A stretch of DNA of 64,000 bases from positions 12,312 through 76,311 of IMG/VR virus record IMGVR_UViG_3300045999_002371; one strand, given 5' to 3'. The stretch is from a virus. The position numbers were made by a program, and so were the translations under genes. Below are positions 62,539 through 64,000 of this stretch, piece by piece (positions within the stretch are counted from its first letter, which is position 1; each line of letters opens with the position of its first letter). The notes beneath the pieces are model-generated. The model made no database searches. It saw only the letters and a program-made list of their open reading frames with translations, and was not told the origin of the DNA.

Positions 62539-63666
62539 TTAGTTTGTGTAAACCTTGACGATAGCCTGATCGGTGATTACACCTAGGCCCCAGATTGCGT
62601 ACCATGCAAGAGCGTGCTCACGACCGAAGTCAAGAACTCCACCGTCACGTAGTTCAACTGGAAGAGAGATTGCGTGACCGAATGCGTTGTCACCAATCAT
62701 GATTGATTCGTAAACTTCAGCACCGTTACCAGTTGCTGATGTTAGGTAACCCTTTTCTGCTGTGAAATCTGCAGACTCTGGGTTTCCACCTGAACCTGGG
62801 GCTGTGTTAGCCTTGACAGGAACGCTGTACTGATCTGATGGAACACCAACAGATGTTGAAGTTGTGTATGCAGCGTTAACTGACAACTTCTTAACCTGTG
62901 TTGTTTCGATGAATACTACGTCGTATAGACGACCGATCTCACCGAGCATGAAGTTACCTGGAGCAGCGTACTTTGTAACTTCGATGAACTCTGGGTTCGA
63001 ACGAATGTCACGTGACTGCTTTGGGTGTACAAACTGTACGTATGTCTCACCTAAGCGAGGGATGTTCTTACCAGCAAGGGTAAGAGCAGCATCCTTTACA
63101 GCACCTGTTGACAACTTGTAGTTACCATCTAGGTCTGACATCTGTGTTGCTGGTGTACCTTCGTTGTACCAGTCGTTAACACCCTGTACAGATGAGCGGT
63201 CGTAACCGAACACTGCTGATGTTGCTGCTGATAGTGTGTTACGAGCCTGTACATCTAGGTACTGCGCCATGTGGCGGCCTAGAAGACGTGATGCTGACGC
63301 CATAACATCATCAAATGATGCGTTAAGAAGTAGTTCAGAAACTGCTACTGCGTAGCCGTGTTCTGCAACTGTAATTGCGATCTGCTCTGCTGTTAGAGCG
63401 TTGGTTGTCATACGAACACCTTCAGTTAGAGGTGTTGGATCGATACCAAAGTTCTTGTAACGGAGGAAGTTAACGCGGAGACCAGGTGCTACACCTAGTT
63501 CTGTCTTCTTAACTGCGAATTGCTCGAAGCGAAGAATTGGCATTGCCTGGAACAAGATTTCCTTGCTCCAGATTGTTTGAATTGCTTGGTTCAAAGATGA
63601 GTTTGAACCTGAGTACGCTGTAGGCGCTCCTGCGAGTTGCCCAGTACCTGTAATTGCACTTGCCAT
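62539..63666 (-). CDS. major capsid protein (HK97 fold, N4-gp56-like family)
   Basis: IWSKEILFQA.P.LRF.QFA, LTEG, EHG.A, VHP.Q..D, GEIGRL..V.FIET, DFGR...LAWY. Confidence 0.9.
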   Translation of the reverse strand: MASAITGTGQLAGAPTAYSGSNSSLNQAIQTIWSKEILFQAMPILRFEQFAVKKTELGVAPGLRVNFLRYKNFGIDPTPLTEGVRMTTNALTAEQIAITVAEHGYAVAVSELLLNASFDDVMASASRLLGRHMAQYLDVQARNTLSAATSAVFGYDRSSVQGVNDWYNEGTPATQMSDLDGNYKLSTGAVKDAALTLAGKNIPRLGETYVQFVHPKQSRDIRSNPEFIEVTKYAAPGNFMLGEIGRLYDVVFIETTQVKKLSVNAAYTTSTSVGVPSDQYSVPVKANTAPGSGGNPESADFTAEKGYLTSATGNGAEVYESIMIGDNAFGHAISLPVELRDGGVLDFGREHALAWYAIWGLGVITDQAIVKVYTN

Positions 63667-63705
63667 TTAGGTCAAGTCCTTTCTTAATTGGTTAGTTGGA
63701 AGGGA

Positions 63706-63999
63706 TTACTGATCGAACAGTCCCTGACCACGATTGCTGGCTGCAGTGCCAAGTAGTTTGGCTCTTTGTTTCGCATAGTCGGCCATTGTCATGTCCCGAA
63801 TTGCATCGGGTGTATACGATTGTTGTGACGAGTCATTATCGAGGGGTCCTGAGGCAGGTGCGGTAATTCGAGTACCTGCCATTTGTTGCTTCGCATTCTG
63901 CATGGCTGCTTGTGCAGACTGCAAGATGCTTGAAGACTTGTCTTTGAGAGTAGCGATGCTGCTCTCAATTTCATCGGGAGTATTACCTTGGATCAGATC
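63706..63999 (-). CDS. capsid scaffolding protein, 5'-truncated by the window edge
   Basis: Frame open to the edge: DLIQGNTPDEIESSIA...IRDMTMADYAKQRAKLL; directly upstream of the capsid gene. Confidence 0.75.
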   Translation of the reverse strand, partial: DLIQGNTPDEIESSIATLKDKSSSILQSAQAAMQNAKQQMAGTRITAPASGPLDNDSSQQSYTPDAIRDMTMADYAKQRAKLLGTAASNRGQGLFDQ

Positions 64000-64000
64000 G

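Overview
The whole window is a segment of a large lytic tailed phage (myovirus-type) genome, almost entirely encoded on the minus strand. Right to left it reads: scaffold (partial) and major capsid protein; neck proteins; a long fibre/decoration region with four proline-poor collagen-like (G-T/A-Q/E)n genes, interrupted by a plus-strand glycan-tailoring operon (beta-propeller glycosidase/phosphorylase-like, TPR, methyltransferase, GT25) and a sulfotransferase; a cassette of nine coupled microproteins; contractile tail (sheath, tube, chaperones with a probable +1 frameshift, tape measure with M23 and transglycosylase domains, baseplate); a DNA replication/recombination module (initiator, DnaC-like loader, DnaB, primase, SNF2 helicase, SSB, Pol I, RecA, WhiB, Cas4-like nuclease, RuvC); a cluster of small accessory genes; and a class II ribonucleotide reductase. 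WhiB and several leaderless-type promoters point to an actinobacterial host (inference). The most notable candidate system is a phage-encoded virion glycosylation/methylation/sulfation pathway: a compact APS-kinase plus ATP-sulfurylase-like fusion (candidate mini PAPS synthase), a sulfotransferase, and a glycosylation operon embedded among Thr-rich collagen-like fibres. All family assignments come from motifs recognised by eye; no database searches were run.
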